Positions 1 to 13,199 of a stretch of DNA of 64,000 nt are shown in pieces. The notes under the pieces are model-generated. The model had not been told where the DNA came from. It made no database searches and saw only the letters and a program-made list of their open reading frames with translations. Origin of the DNA: Octopus sinensis (Eukaryota); NCBI RefSeq assembly GCF_006345805.1, contig NC_042997.1, forward strand, positions 140,740,001 through 140,804,000, written 5' to 3'. The stretch's first letter is position 1. Each line of letters starts with the position of its first letter. The position numbers and the translations under genes were made by a program.

Positions 1-635
1 TGAATATCTTGGAAGTGCACAATCCTCAAATACTTGCATTGATGCAGAAATGTAGACACGTATTAGCAAAGCCTGTATGGCTTTTTGGAAAACTGCGGCA
101 CAGTATAGAGAGTCCAGGAATTGGCATATATACCAAAATCAAAGTTTACATGCTGTCATCCTTCTAATCCTTTTCTATAGCGTGGAAAATCACTTAGTGA
201 ACCAGTTCTTTGCTAAATCTTGCAGTGAACCATATGTTTTGCCTGAGGAAGATGCTAAGCATAACGTACTAGGTGATAAAATAGATTCTCAAGTGTACCA
301 AATTTTCCTGATTTGCTCAGGTCGAGCAAACACAACTGTGTTGAGCAGAACATGTTATCAAAGTGCCTGGCTGTAAACTGCCGAAAGCAATCTTCTACTC
401 TGTAAATGAAGGGTATGTTGTTGGTACAGCACGTAAAAGCATCTGAGAGACAGATCTACGTAAAAGGAAGCTAACACCAGGGCGTTTGAATATTTACGAA
501 TCTCTATAGCAAAAGCCAAAATGAAAGTTCGTAAATTACACCCCAACAACCTTGAACATCAGTGTGTGGTCTGTGAGAAATATTTCTCTATTAGAAATGG
601 CCTTCTCGGTCACAGCAGAACATACAAACGAGCAA
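1..635 (+). mobile_element. Decayed RTE-clade LINE, 3' part of ORF (post-RT region and C-terminal zinc knuckle)
   Basis: Frameshifted translation gives EYLGS..IDAEM*TRISKA, FGKLRH..GIGIYTKIKVY, AVILLILFYSVE, QLC*AEHVIKVPGCKLPKAIFYS and CVVCEKYFSIRNGLLGHSRT. These match the order of RTE motifs (YLGS, TKIKVY, QLRWAGHV, RLPK, CxxC..H). Contains stops and frameshifts. Confidence 0.85.
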
Positions 636-1339
636 TCCTTTTCTGCTTTCTTCCTTTCTTCTTCTCACCACATCTCTCTCTCTCTCTCTCTCTCTCTGCC
701 TGCCTGCCTGTCTGTCTGTTTATTTATTTATTTATTTATTATTTGCAGCTGCTTGGTCTTGGCCAAACTGATGGACGAACCATCATACATGCCTGTCTGT
801 TTGTATGTATCTATGTATGCATGAATTTATGTTTTCTTTTTCTCGTTTGGAGTTCATTTTGACCGGCCACCTGCTTGGTAGCGAGGTTGTGAAGGAAACA
901 TCTTGTTTTATTCACCATCCTTTAAATCGTAAAGTCATGCAGAGTCTTATTGTCCCATACATCATTTGTGGCGTTTGAATTATATAGAATTATTTATGTG
1001 TTATATTGCGCGTATGTACATACAAGCACACATAAATCTACAAAAATGCATACATACATACATACATGCATTTAAGCACTTACACAAACAAGCACGCACA
1101 TGTACATTGAAGGCGGACCTGGTGATTGAAAGCAAAATAAAATATAAAAAGATAAAAACAGATATTAAATAGATATAAAACAAAATATTTTCAGAAAAAT
1201 GGTTCAAATGTTCGGCTAGATTTAATGATAAGGTAACAGATAATTTAATAAAACAGCTATCAATTTCAGTTTCGTCCTCGATAAGGCCATGGAGACGGCT
1301 GCATGCATGGATCGGTTGGATCTCGTTCATGTTAGTTTC

Positions 1340-1966
1340 AAATTTTGGCATAAGGCCAGCAATTTCGGTGTAGGGGATAAATCGATTACATGGACCCCAG
1401 TGTTCAACTGGTACTTATTTTATAGGCCCTGATAGGATGAAAGGCAAAGTCGACCTCGGCAGAATTTGAACTTAGAACGTAAAGACGAAAGAAATACCGC
1501 TAAGGTGCAGGAGTGGCTGTGTGGTAAGTAGCTTGCTTACCAACCACATGGTTCCGGGTTCAGTCCCACTGCGTGGCATCTTGTGCAAGTGTCTTCTGCT
1601 ATAGCCCCGGGCCGACCAATGCCTTGTGAGTGGATTTGGTAGACGGAAACTGAAAGAAGCCTGTCGTATATATGTATATATATGTATGTGTTGTGTGTAT
1701 ATGTTTGTGTGTCTGTGTTTGTCCCCCTAGCATTGCTTGACAACCGATGCTGGTGTGTTTACGTCCCCGTAACTTAGCGGTTCGGCAAAAGAGACCGATA
1801 GAATAAGTACTGGGCTTACAAAGAAAAAGTCCCGGGGTCGATTTGCTTGACTAAAGGCGGTGCTCCAGCATGGCCGCAGTCAAATGACTGAAACAAGTAA
1901 AAGAGAAAAGAGAAAGAGAAAAAGCATGTTGTCCGGCAAGCTAACGATTCTGCCAGTTCGCCACCT
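1340..1966 (-). mobile_element. tRNA-derived SINE family A, split by a family B insertion (1340-1503 and 1922-1966)
   Basis: Reverse complement of the family A consensus (gatgaaaggcaaagtcgacctcgg..gaatttgaac); the sequence resumes after the B copy with agcat..gctaacgattctgccag. Confidence 0.75.
1504..1912 (+). mobile_element. tRNA-derived SINE family B, full-length copy
   Basis: A-box-like tggctgtgtggtaag, B-box-like ggttcagtcc, body gcaagtgtcttct..gtgagtggatttggtagacggaaactgaaagaagcc, internal TA/TG microsatellite, and (AAAAGAG)-type tail. More than 15 related copies in the window. Confidence 0.85.
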
Positions 1967-1974
1967 TACTGGAT

Positions 1975-2800
1975 CTCGTTCATATTGTCCATCATGGTCT
2001 ACAGTGACAGTTTTCAAAGAGTCCTTGGTGTAGTAAAACCATTGGCTGGTCTCCTTGGCAACGTCTGGGGATTTCAAATCAGGAGATTTAGGAGGCCATT
2101 TGTTAGGAGAGAATATGGTCACGAAAGTACTTGGTTTGTCACTTCTAGGTCATGAGAGCCATGCGTGGAGGGAGTAGTGCCTTGTTGGTACGCGTAGTAC
2201 CTTCTCTGAGCCACTCCTTGATCAAGGATCTGGCTACAGTGTTCAGTACCTTGATGTAGGCCGTGGCCTTAGCCCTAAAGGCCTGTGAGAAGTGAAGCGG
2301 CATAACATGGCTTTCGTCACTTACAACACTCAGGACCATACAAACGACAGAAATTTGGTTCGCATTAATGTGGGTACCCCCAGAGGATATGTGTAGAGCC
2401 ATCCGCATTTCTTCTCTTCATTTTACGAACATGAAGTGGCCACTTCTCATCCCGTAAGACTTGTAACTAATGTTCTCATGCACCACATGTTTGATAGTGG
2501 TCAACTTGAGCTGCACAGTGATGGCCCTTATTGACCCACTGGTGTCGTTGATAATGCCTTGGACATGCTTAACGAACTCGGCTATCTTGACGACCTCTGA
2601 TAGCTGAGAATGTCTCTTTTGGCCACAAATGACACGTCCTCGTTAGTGTCGACCAACTGTTTCCTGACTCTGAACACGAAACATCTTGCCATGTTCAGGA
2701 AGCTGGTGACCTCCAAGTCACTGTGGTTAGCGAGTAGAGCCACGAGCACAGTATTACTTTTCTTTTCCTGCATCATACTACCATCTGTTATGTCAAAACT
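1975..2800 (-). pseudogene. Decayed Tc1/mariner-superfamily transposase (maT/DD37D-like)
   Basis: N-terminal MMQEKKSNTVLVALLANHSDLEVTSFLNMAR, then HENISYKSYGMRSGHF, MVLSVVSDESHVMPLHF and WPPKSPDL (the WPxxSPDLNP motif), spread across frameshifts. Catalytic aspartates are deleted or mutated. Confidence 0.8.
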
Positions 2801-3168
2801 GTTGTTACACCCGAAAGAGAAAATGAAACAACAAAAACTGGTGCATGCTGTGTAACATCACATTAGGTCACCTTCCATTTATGGTTAGCTAAAGTTGGAA
2901 CAATTACAGTTCACTGCTCCCCGCTCCATGGGAGAGTACTAAACTCTAATATGATCCTATGAGAAAAAACAAACATACAGAATGGTCACAAATGGAACGC
3001 TTTTAAAAGAGAAGGTCATTCAGAAAAAAAATACCCCCTTCCCCTAGTGTATCGTGTGATATTTAAAACATTCATCGTTGTGAAATAGCAGCGAAAACTT
3101 GTTTCAAACAGAAAATTTTATAAACAGTTTTAAAACCATAAATTATTAATTTTCATCATCATAATCAC

Positions 3169-3335
3169 AACCTTGATCCCTAACCCTAACTCTAAACCCT
3201 AAACCTATACCTAAGTGTAAACCTTAAACCCCTAACTCTAAACCTACACTCTAACCCTAAACCAACTCTCTAATCCTGAAGCTAACCCTAAGCCTTAAAT
3301 CCTAACACTAACCTTAAGCTCGAACCTTAAACCCT
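3169..3335 (+). repeat. Degenerate (CCCTAA)n telomere-like interstitial tract
   Basis: ccctaaccctaactctaaaccctaaacctatacctaag..taaccctaaacc..taaccctaagccttaa. Confidence 0.7.
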
Positions 3336-3460
3336 TGTCTTAATTTCATCGTAGCGTTTTCGTTTCAAAAATAATGCTGTCTTTTGTGTGCACAAAGGAT
3401 TCAACCAATATAGTTCCCATTTTGAAAATGTTTTGTTTTGGAACTCTTCAATATATCCTT

Positions 3461-3570
3461 TGTATGTATGTATGTATGTATGTATGTATGTATGTATGTA
3501 TGTATGTATGTACGTATGTACGTATGTATGTATGTATGTATGTATGTATGTATGTATGTACGTACGTATG

Positions 3571-3604
<34 letters not shown>

Positions 3605-3738
3605 TGTATGTATGTATGTATGTATGTATGTATGTATGTATATGTGTGTATTTATGCGTGTATTTGTGTATAACTGCGTGTGTGTGTATATATATGTATA
3701 ATTACAGTTAAACACGCAAATACATTTGTGTATATATA

Positions 3739-3787
<49 letters not shown>

Positions 3788-3947
3788 CAATTAACAGGTC
3801 TATATATTTTTAAATGTCTTTCTTTGAAAAATTGCATTCGGTGGGATTAGTAATATTTTTGGTAGAAATGACTGATTGTCCCTCTTAGCGTATGGCGTGT
3901 ATGTAGAATGCCTCCTGGCATGTATGTATAATGCCCTCTATATATAA

Positions 3948-3995
<48 letters not shown>

Positions 3996-4080
3996 TGTGT
4001 GTGTGTGTGTGTGTGAGTGTGCGCGCGCGCGCGCGTGTGTGTGTATGTGTGTGTGTGTGTGTGTGCGTGTGTGTGTGTTT
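3461..4080. repeat. Compound microsatellite block (TATG)n, (TA)n, (TG)n, (CG)n
   Basis: Directly visible; source of the MYVC/HTYI pseudo-ORFs. Confidence 0.95.
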
Positions 4081-6311
4081 ACATATACAGAAACACATTG
4101 ACACACATACATATATATATATTATTGCCGTTGCCGGCTGCAAAAGTTGAGTTATTCAGAAATCTTCCGGAAGCGTGTTATCGGGTTACCCATCTCATTC
4201 ACTCACATGACGTCCCCCACCCGGAACCACGCACACACACATACACACACTCACACAGAGACACCAACAACAACAACACATACTCACCTACGACACTCTC
4301 TCACCCTTACAACATACACTTACATATATATACACAGCCATAACTCTACGTCTCCATAGACACACTCATACTTAGACATCTCCAGCGGAAGCATAAACAC
4401 ACACACACAGAGAATAAAGTGAAAGAGAGAGAGGTGAGAGAGAGAGAGAGAGCTGCTCATAACTGTCACCACTTCTCTTTCGTCTCTTACATTACCATCC
4501 CACTTCGACATCAGCGGCACGTTCTGCATACTAATTACAAAATACGGGAAGGTCTTACATACAATATATATATATATATAATGAATGAGAAAACTTCGTT
4601 TAACGAAGATTATCCAAGCGATTAGTTGACGAAATCTTCCTCAAGGACCCGCTACTGTATTTATACCTAAACCACAGTTCGCGTTCATGCCACCCTCTCC
4701 AAACTATCAACTCCAGCCCCCTTCCCCCACACAACTACATACCCCTATTCGAATTATTACCCCTTCTCTCCGCATTACTTTCTAACCATTTTTTGACACT
4801 ACCCTTTTCTCCGCGCGCACGCACACACACGCACACACACGCACACACACACACACACACATACACAAGGCTACCCCCCGCCCCCCATCTTGCCTTCCCC
4901 TCCTTTACCCCTAAAGAAAACGCTGTATTTTTCAACAGAGGGTAGAGCTGGGAGCATGTCGGGTCCCTCCCAGCCCCCTTCGTTTATATCCACTTCCTAC
5001 TCAAGAGTCCCCCTTTCCCTCCCATTCTCCCTCAGCAATCGCTGTAGTACATCATACATATGGACCCCTTAGTCACCTTGCCTGCTAACATATACTCCCT
5101 CATCGCCCCAACTTCATTATGTCTTCCGCTACCACCATTTACGTTCCCCTTGTTTTACCCTCGTCTTCTCCTCCTTTCCCTGTTTCTTTTTTGATTTTTT
5201 TCTCATCTTCTACTTCAACCCTCTCTCTCTCTCTCACTTTCTCGCTTCCTCTCTACTAATTCTCACCCCCTACCTACCAACCGGTCTGTAACTTCCTATA
5301 TAACTTATTGCCAAGCCTTGTTTCTAGTTTATTTGTAGTATTAGTAGTAGTAGCAAAAGCCACGTGGAAAACGAAGCTTAAAAAAAAAACTAATATAATC
5401 GTCTATCGACAGGTTATTTTGACAACTTTGGTTATATATATTTATCTATATACATATACACATATAATTTTCCTACGAAGGTGAGTCCGGCCTTTTGGTT
5501 TATTGTTGATATCGAGCATCGCGTTCACTATTATGAAATTCAGCGAATATAAAACTATACTTTTTCTTTCATAGTTATTTAATATATACAACTAAATATT
5601 CTAGTTCTTTAGGTCAATATATACGCACACTCACACATATATATTTGTTATTTATGTGTAACTTATTTCCATCGTGTATTTTGACAATTGTAAATGGGAT
5701 GCTAGCTAGCAAACCCTTTTTCCATTTTCTGTTTGCAGCTTGCTTTGTTGAGTTTGTTATTGTCACTGCTATTGTTTTGTTTATGATAATCGCTGTTGCT
5801 CTCTTCTTGCTATTGTTACCAATGTTGTTATTCTTAAAAAAAAAAAAGAGATTTAAATCTGTTTGAGATATTTGAGCATTGAACGAACAAAATTCATCAT
5901 TTGTTTTTCTTTTATCCCAGTTCCTTATGTAAATTCTGTTGAAAGTGTTTGTGTGTGTGTGTGGAGTCTACTTTATTTCTTCGTGATCGATAAGAGAAGT
6001 ACCCATGACATAAAACGGTTGATTCAAGTGGATATATACCAATCCACATTGTAATTCAATATTAATTATTAATTAGTGTTGTATTAAAAAATATGAAAAA
6101 GGAAACAGGAAATCATATTTAAAAATGTAATACATTGTTTATGTAATCTTATCATAATTGATAATTATAGTCAGAATTAAAATTAATTTAGTGGCAGAAC
6201 AAATGAAACATGTAAGAGGTTTGACTATTACTTTCTCAAGAATCTTAGGGACATAAGTGAAGAAAGTTGCATTGTTCTCACAACGAATCGAAAACAAATA
6301 AAGGATTATTT

Positions 6312-6563
6312 ATAAGTCTGGCTGGGAGTTTGCCACCCTCTACGGGCACACGGTCACCTATTTGAACCGACCCCAGCAGTCAGTACACGTCTGCCTTGTT
6401 TAATCACAAAGCCTGCCAAAATTGTAGGGAAGGGGAATCGGACTGCGTGACGGTCATGCCTTTCTCAATGTCATTATTAAGTCGTGGGAAAGCGACTTGA
6501 CTTCCGCAGGGAATCGAAACCTCAGCTCCGAAGGCGCTTACCTCTTCCTCTGATCCGCCAGCC
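6312..6563 (-). mobile_element. tRNA-like SINE, family E (single copy here)
   Basis: Minus strand begins ggctggcggatcagagg..ggtttcgattccc (A/B-box-like) followed by about 190 bp of GC-richer body. Confidence 0.4.
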
Positions 6564-6999
6564 TGAAATAATAATTTCTCGAACAAAACCACTTCTTTTT
6601 TGTTTAGCTCTAGATAAACGCTAATTGAGCATACACTTACGTTTAAATGCTTTCCCATCGTGACCTTCCGGTAAAAACAAAACAAAACAGTGAAATGTAC
6701 CTAAGACTACATTATCCCATGTCTTTTTTTAAGGGTGGTAGGAAGTTTAGCTGTTGTTTCTAGCGTATGGAGTGATTAGGTAGAAGCTTCCCTCGTTGAC
6801 TCTCACAAAATAGGTTCTGAAGGAAAGAGTAAAATGGTGTAATGGACCTCAGTACATTACTGCTATCAATATTATCAAACGCCTTTGTGTAGACTTAACG
6901 AGAGTTGACAAATGAGGGGTTAAACATCCAAATTTAGGGTAATTCAACCTCGCAGTTGCTTAATAGAAACAACGGGAGCTTAAGTGAAAACATTGAAGT

Positions 7000-7495
<496 letters not shown>

Positions 7496-8022
7496 TATTG
7501 AGCAAGTACATCATCTAACGGCTGTCAAATGTATGTTTTTATCATTTTTCATGTGAGTTTTTTTTCGACAAACGTGTAGAGCGTGATATATTAACATAGT
7601 TGTTTAACTTTGAATTCAACTCCGATCGAGCAAGACGTATGATCTAAAAGCATTCCAACCGTGACCATCACATTTTTAAAAAAAGCATTCCAGTCATAGT
7701 GTAAATCTATGAAAAGATTCTAAATCTCAGAACTATGTGATCCTATTCAGTCCTCTTTTTGTTTTTAAGACGATACACTGTGATCGGGGGAAAACTTGGC
7801 TGCTATTTCTAGCAGGTCGACCGACCACACAGTCTCCATTAACTTGTATGATGTTGACAGGGTGATCGAGTGATGTGCGTGTGCGTATGTGTTCAGCGGT
7901 ATATAAGTCTGACATCTGACAGTTTATACACATTTCGTTTTTGTATTTGGTTCACAATATTTTTTATGTGAATTCATTTACTTTTTTTTTTATATATATA
8001 AATAAATAAAAATGTGTAGAAG

Positions 8023-8064
<42 letters not shown>

Positions 8065-8111
8065 TATATATATTATATATATATATATATATATATGTGG
8101 AGAGAGAGAGA

Positions 8112-8342
8112 GAGAGTTTACGAAAAAAAAAAGAAAAGACGAAGACAAGTGGTGTACAAAACAAACAGATGTATTAGTATAATGCTCAGGAATAGAAAAA
8201 GTCTTTTACGTTTCGAGCCTATGCTCTTCTACAGAAAGGCTCGAAACGTAAAAGACTTTTTCTATTCCTGAGCATTATACTAATACATCTGTTTGTTTTG
8301 TACACCACCTGTCTTCGTCTTTTGTTTTTTTCGTAAACTCTC
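8112..8342. mobile_element. Head-to-head fold-back of a Penelope-like terminal repeat
   Basis: Arms 8112-8220 and 8237-8342 are near-perfect reverse complements with a 16-nt spacer. Same family as 17122-17738. Flanked by microsatellites. Confidence 0.8.
8203..8238 (-). ncRNA. Minimal hammerhead-ribozyme-like motif (CUGUAGA core variant)
   Basis: CTTT-CTGTAGA-A-GAGC(ATAG)GCTC-GAAA-CG-TA-AAAG: 4-bp stem I, 4-bp stem II, palindromic ACGT helix III, GUA triplet. Confidence 0.6.
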
Positions 8343-8567
8343 CCCATATATATACATACATACATACATACATACATACATACATACATACATACATACA
8401 TACATACATACATACATGCGTAAATGTCGAACGATGAAAATGAGTGTTCAACATTGCCTTGGTGGATAAATTTATTTATTTATGTATTAAGGCTACCATT
8501 GGTTTCATGTAAAGAAAAAATATCCTAATATTTTAACAATTATTCAAGCCGATCACATGGAGATGTT

Positions 8568-8622
<55 letters not shown>

Positions 8623-8644
8623 AGATAGACAGATAGATAGATAA

Positions 8645-8684
<40 letters not shown>

Positions 8685-8963
8685 AGAGAGCGAGAGAGAC
8701 GGAGAGAGATGATTGTATTCTTAACGAAATGCTAACGTATGTGTTAACAAGGATTAGGTATCACGTTTATTTGTATATGTATGTATTCATGTAGGAGCTA
8801 TTTATGATGTATGTATGTATGTATGTATGTATAATAAACACTTACTTGGAGAAATAAGAAAGTGACGCGAGGCGTTCAATCATATAATAACAATTTAACA
8901 AATAAAACATATGCATACATACATACATATATGTACATACCTACATCTATATGTATATATACA

Positions 8964-9029
<66 letters not shown>

Positions 9030-9048
<19 letters not shown>

Positions 9049-9863
9049 GAGTACAGGACACCACAAATAAACGTAGAACACAACGAGAAACGAAAACATA
9101 AAAACAAAAACAAGGAAACGGACTTTTTTTAACAACGAAAAAACAGAGTACAAGACAAACAATACAAGGAATATCCCCCTTCATCAGCTGCCCCTGGTTC
9201 GACTCAATGCGTGTGTATGTACGTATGTATGTATGTTCTCTTCTGGCTTTGATTGTGTGAAAGAAAGGTGCTGGTTTCTGGCAAATGTACAAGGCTCCAT
9301 CGTTCGGATGTAGATACCAAAAACAATACCACATTGTAAACTTGAGAAAAAGTTTTGTATATTTTTACTGTTCCGCTTAGAGATTATGTTTGTACTGTGA
9401 ATATCAGCTGGTTGATTGCTTTTTCTGCAGACCTCGGTTTTCCCCCATTATCACTGAAGCATTTCGTCACAAAATCAAGTGCACCGGTTACTATTTGAAT
9501 AAATGTGAATTAATAATCTGCATATATAAGATGGACGTTTCGAAGTTGTTGTCCATAGTTCCCTCATTCTCTTTGATTTTTCGAAGAGATACATACGCAC
9601 GGCCCATATTGGCGCTAGATACCTTGTCTGGGTTTATCTCTGGATCGTGTCATGTCAGTAGGGTGGAGAGGATCTGTGAGGTGCCGGGCAAGCTCTGTTG
9701 GACCTAAAATATTAGGTTGTGCAATCGCCGGCGAGGCAAACTATCCGACGCTCGGTTGCGAGTAAAGCCGATTGCTGGTGCAATAACCTCATATACGGGC
9801 ATTGCTGGCATTTTGCATGGGTAATGCTCAGTGATGGTCTTCGTAGGTCATGAGAGGACAGCT

Positions 9864-9899
<36 letters not shown>

Positions 9900-10192
9900 T
9901 TCATTATGTATATATTTATATGTGCATGTTTGTATGTTTACTCTTTTACTTATTTCAGTCATTTGACTGTGGCCATGCTGGAACACCGCCTTTAGTCGAG
10001 TAAATCTACCCCCAGGACTTATTCTTTGTAAGTCTAGTACTTATTCTATCGATCTCTTTTGCCGAACCGCTAATTACGGGGACGTAAACACACCAGCATC
10101 GGTTGTCAAGCGATGTTTGGGAGACAAACAGACACACAAACACACACACACACACACACACACACAACACACACACACACACACACACACAC

Positions 10193-10232
<40 letters not shown>

Positions 10233-11064
10233 ATATATATATATATACATATGAGTACAGGACCCACAAATAAACGTAGAACACAACGAGAAACGAAAAC
10301 ATAAAAACAAAAACAAGGAACGGACTTTTTTTAACAACGAAAAAACAGAGTACAAGACAAACAATACAAGGAATATCCCCCTTCATCAGCTGCCCCTGGT
10401 TCGACTCAATGCGTGTGTATGTACGTATGTATGTATGTTCTCTTCTGGCTTTGATTGTGTGAAAGAAAGGTGCTGGTTTCTGGCAAATGTACAAGGCTCC
10501 ATCGTTCGGATGTAGATACCAAAAACAATACCACATGTAAACTTGAGAAAAAGTTTTGTATATTTTTACTGTTCCGCTTAGAGATTATGTTTGTACTGTG
10601 AATATCAGCTGGTTGATTGCTTTTTCTGCAGACCTCGGTTTTCCCCCATTATCACTGAAGCATTTCGTCACAAAATCAAGTGCACCGGTTACTATTTGAA
10701 TAAATGTGAATTAATAATCTGCATATATAAGATGGACGTTTCGAAGTTGTTGTCCATAGTTCCCTCATTCTCTTTGATTTTTCGAAGAGATACATACGCA
10801 CGGCCCATATTGGCGCTAGATACCTTGTCTGGGTTTATCTCTGGATCGTGTCATGTCAGTAGGGTGGAGAGGATCTGTGAGGTGCCGGGCAAGCTCTGTT
10901 GGACCTAAAATATTAGGTTGTGCAATCGCCGGCGAGGCAAACTATCCGACGCTCGGTTGCGAGTAAAGCCGATTGCTGGTGCAATAACCTCATATACGGG
11001 CATTGCTGGCATTTTGCATGGGTAATGCTCAGTGATGGTCTTCGTAGGTCATGAGAGGACAGCT

Positions 11065-11097
<33 letters not shown>

Positions 11098-11364
11098 TTC
11101 ATTATGTATATATTTATATGTGCATGTTTGTATGTTTACTCTTTTACTTATTTCAGTCATTTGACTGTGGCCATGCTGGAACACCGCCTTTAGTCGAGTA
11201 AATCTACCCCCAGGACTTATTCTTTGTAAGTCTAGTACTTATTCTATCGATCTCTTTTGCCGAACCGCTAAGTTACGGGGACGTAAACACACCAGCATCG
11301 GTTGTCAAGCGATGTTTGGGAGACAAACAGACACACAAACACACACACACACACACACACACAC

Positions 11365-11401
<37 letters not shown>

Positions 11402-11420
11402 TATATATATATATATATAT
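9030..11420. repeat. Near-identical tandem duplication, unit about 1.2 kb
   Basis: Offset 1201 bp (identical ORFs at 9390 and 10591). Differences seen are 1-nt indels and microsatellite length changes. Junctions lie in (TA)n/(CA)n. Confidence 0.95.
9047..9196 (-). mobile_element. About 150-bp (TA)n-anchored terminal fragment, cagCTGATGAAGGG family (Penelope-like terminus)
   Basis: Begins gcagctgatgaaggggg and ends gtcctgtactcat+(TA)n. Relatives at 10250-10397(-), 19338-19490(+) and 40615-40780(-). Confidence 0.5.
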
Positions 11421-11478
11421 ACACACACATATACGACGGGCTTCTTTTAGTTTCCGTCTACCAAATCCACTCACAATT
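11146..11478 (-). mobile_element. SINE family B, 5'-truncated (its 3' half is duplicated at 9946-10230)
   Basis: Matches the family B consensus. Confidence 0.8.
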
Positions 11479-11665
11479 TCAGGAGGGAGGTGTATGAAAG
11501 TGTGTGATGCATGTGTTGTTGTCAAAGACAGCAGATCATGGGGAACTGACCCAAAGCAAGAATTTTCACTATAGTCATGATAATAAACAAATATACTTTG
11601 GGATTTTTGTTGTTATTGATTAGAACTAAGTCGGCTCTGATCCAGCATACCTATGATTAAAGGCC

Positions 11666-11971
11666 ACGATGACGAGGGTTCCAGTTGATCTGTTCATCGG
11701 AACATCCTGCTCGTGGAATCAACATGCAAGAGGCTGAGCTCTCCACAGACACGCGGGCTCTTAATGTAGTTCTCAGGGATATTCAGCGTGACACAGAATG
11801 TAACAAGGCTGGCCCCTTTGAAATACAGGTACTACTCATTTTTGCCAGCTGAGTGGACTAAAACAGCGTGAAATAAAGTGTCTTGCTCAAGGACAAAACG
11901 CGCCGCCAGGTATCGAACTCACGACCTTACGATCGTGAGCTGAATACCCTAACCACTTAGCCACGCACCTT
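11666..11971 (-). mobile_element. tRNA-derived SINE family C, full length
   Basis: Minus strand gtggctaagtggttagggtattcagctcacgatcgtaaggtcgtgagttcgatacc (clear A and B boxes), then gtccttgagcaagacactttatttcacg. Other copies at 29825, 48243, 54330, 60300, 62102 and 63083. Confidence 0.8.
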
Positions 11972-12029
11972 CACCTATGAACCGACCGAGTTGCAGCCGT
12001 CTTCTCTTTTTCCTCTCATTCTAATGGCT

Positions 12030-12790
12030 ATGAGTATTCTCCATGTCTCCCGTGCAGAGGATCTTCAAAATTCGATTACGACTGGGGAATAGCCACGCTT
12101 GCCGTCCTTTCTTCCTGCAAAAGGCTCTGCTATTCGGAACTCTTCTGTTCAAAGGATTGATTGTACTCTTCTTCGCTGGGGGCTGTAAGTTCAATCAAGA
12201 TAATCTTTGCCTCGTCAGATAACTGAATCATATCCGGCTTGTAGCCTTCTTCCCAGGCCCACTCTCATAACACCCGATGGTGGTATATAACTTGTTCTCC
12301 TTAAGAGCATCTACTCTTCTACAATCGTGGCTGACGGCTTTTCTATCTTGTTCGCAAACTTGATAGATGGTATTGGTCTTTTTCCTGTGTATGGTGTTTC
12401 TTGTATCTTCTCTGTTCAGGGTGTTGGAGTGCCATAAGCACCTTGACATAGAAACCTTACTATCTTCTTGAGTGACTGATGTTTGACAACATGACAAGAT
12501 GTACGCCAAAGTGCCATTCCCCTATCAAAACCTACACTATTGTTCCTTTCTATGCCCTTTATTCTTCACCTGTGCAGATATGTTGGTGTTGTGATGGAAG
12601 GAGATGCGGAAATGTTCTATTTCCCATAGATCCATCCATTTCCCTGGGATACTACTAACTCAGCAGCCTTTGATCTTCGTCCTTTTTCCTCCTGGTCCTA
12701 TACTTCTGTCTGGATCATGATTTTCCGATCTTTGTTGTCAGTTTTTCATCTCTTGTTGGGAATGGGAAGATCCGAGAACTTATCTTCCCG
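12030..12790 (-). mobile_element. Decayed RLE-type non-LTR retrotransposon (HERO-like, R2/NeSL group), C-terminal zinc knuckle and restriction-like endonuclease
   Basis: KWMDLWEIEHFRISF, CRF**GNGTLAYILSCC (CCHC remnant), KPDMIQLSDEAKIILIELTAPSEE (PD..ELT motif) and YSPVVIEF occur in the expected order, with frameshifts. Confidence 0.75.
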
Positions 12791-12803
12791 CGCTTGTTAT
12801 TTC

Positions 12804-12834
<31 letters not shown>

Positions 12835-13199
12835 TGTATGTATGTATGTATGTATGTGTGTGCATGCGTGCATGCTTGTATGTATGTATGTATGTATGTA
12901 TGTATGTATGTATGTATGTATGTATGCATGTATGTATTATCGGTTGCATACCATAGTTGGCCGTAGCTGAGAAAGGCAAAATACTCAATGAAAAATTCCA
13001 AGATGGAATGAAGGCATGTGCCAGAGAGGGTGGCACTTGCTGAATGAGGCTCTCATTGTTACCACATCTGTACAAAAGAGTGTAGGACCCTAGCAGGACT
13101 AGAAGTCCACATCCCTGTTGCTCTTATTTAAAAGGAGAGTCAAGCTATGGCATAGCTCAAAATCAAGTTGCAGCCATCATAACTATATAGCTGTTATTT

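Noticed and set aside
9390-9860. 105-aa ORF (duplicated at 10591) and a GC-richer segment with a semi-open minus-strand frame
   Set aside because: No recognisable motif, and the minus frame has several stops. It could be a decayed TE, but I cannot support a call without a database search.
11900-11971. tRNA-like sequence with A and B boxes
   Set aside because: It continues into a multicopy SINE body and has no acceptor-stem closure, so it is a SINE head rather than a tRNA gene. The same applies to families A, B and E.
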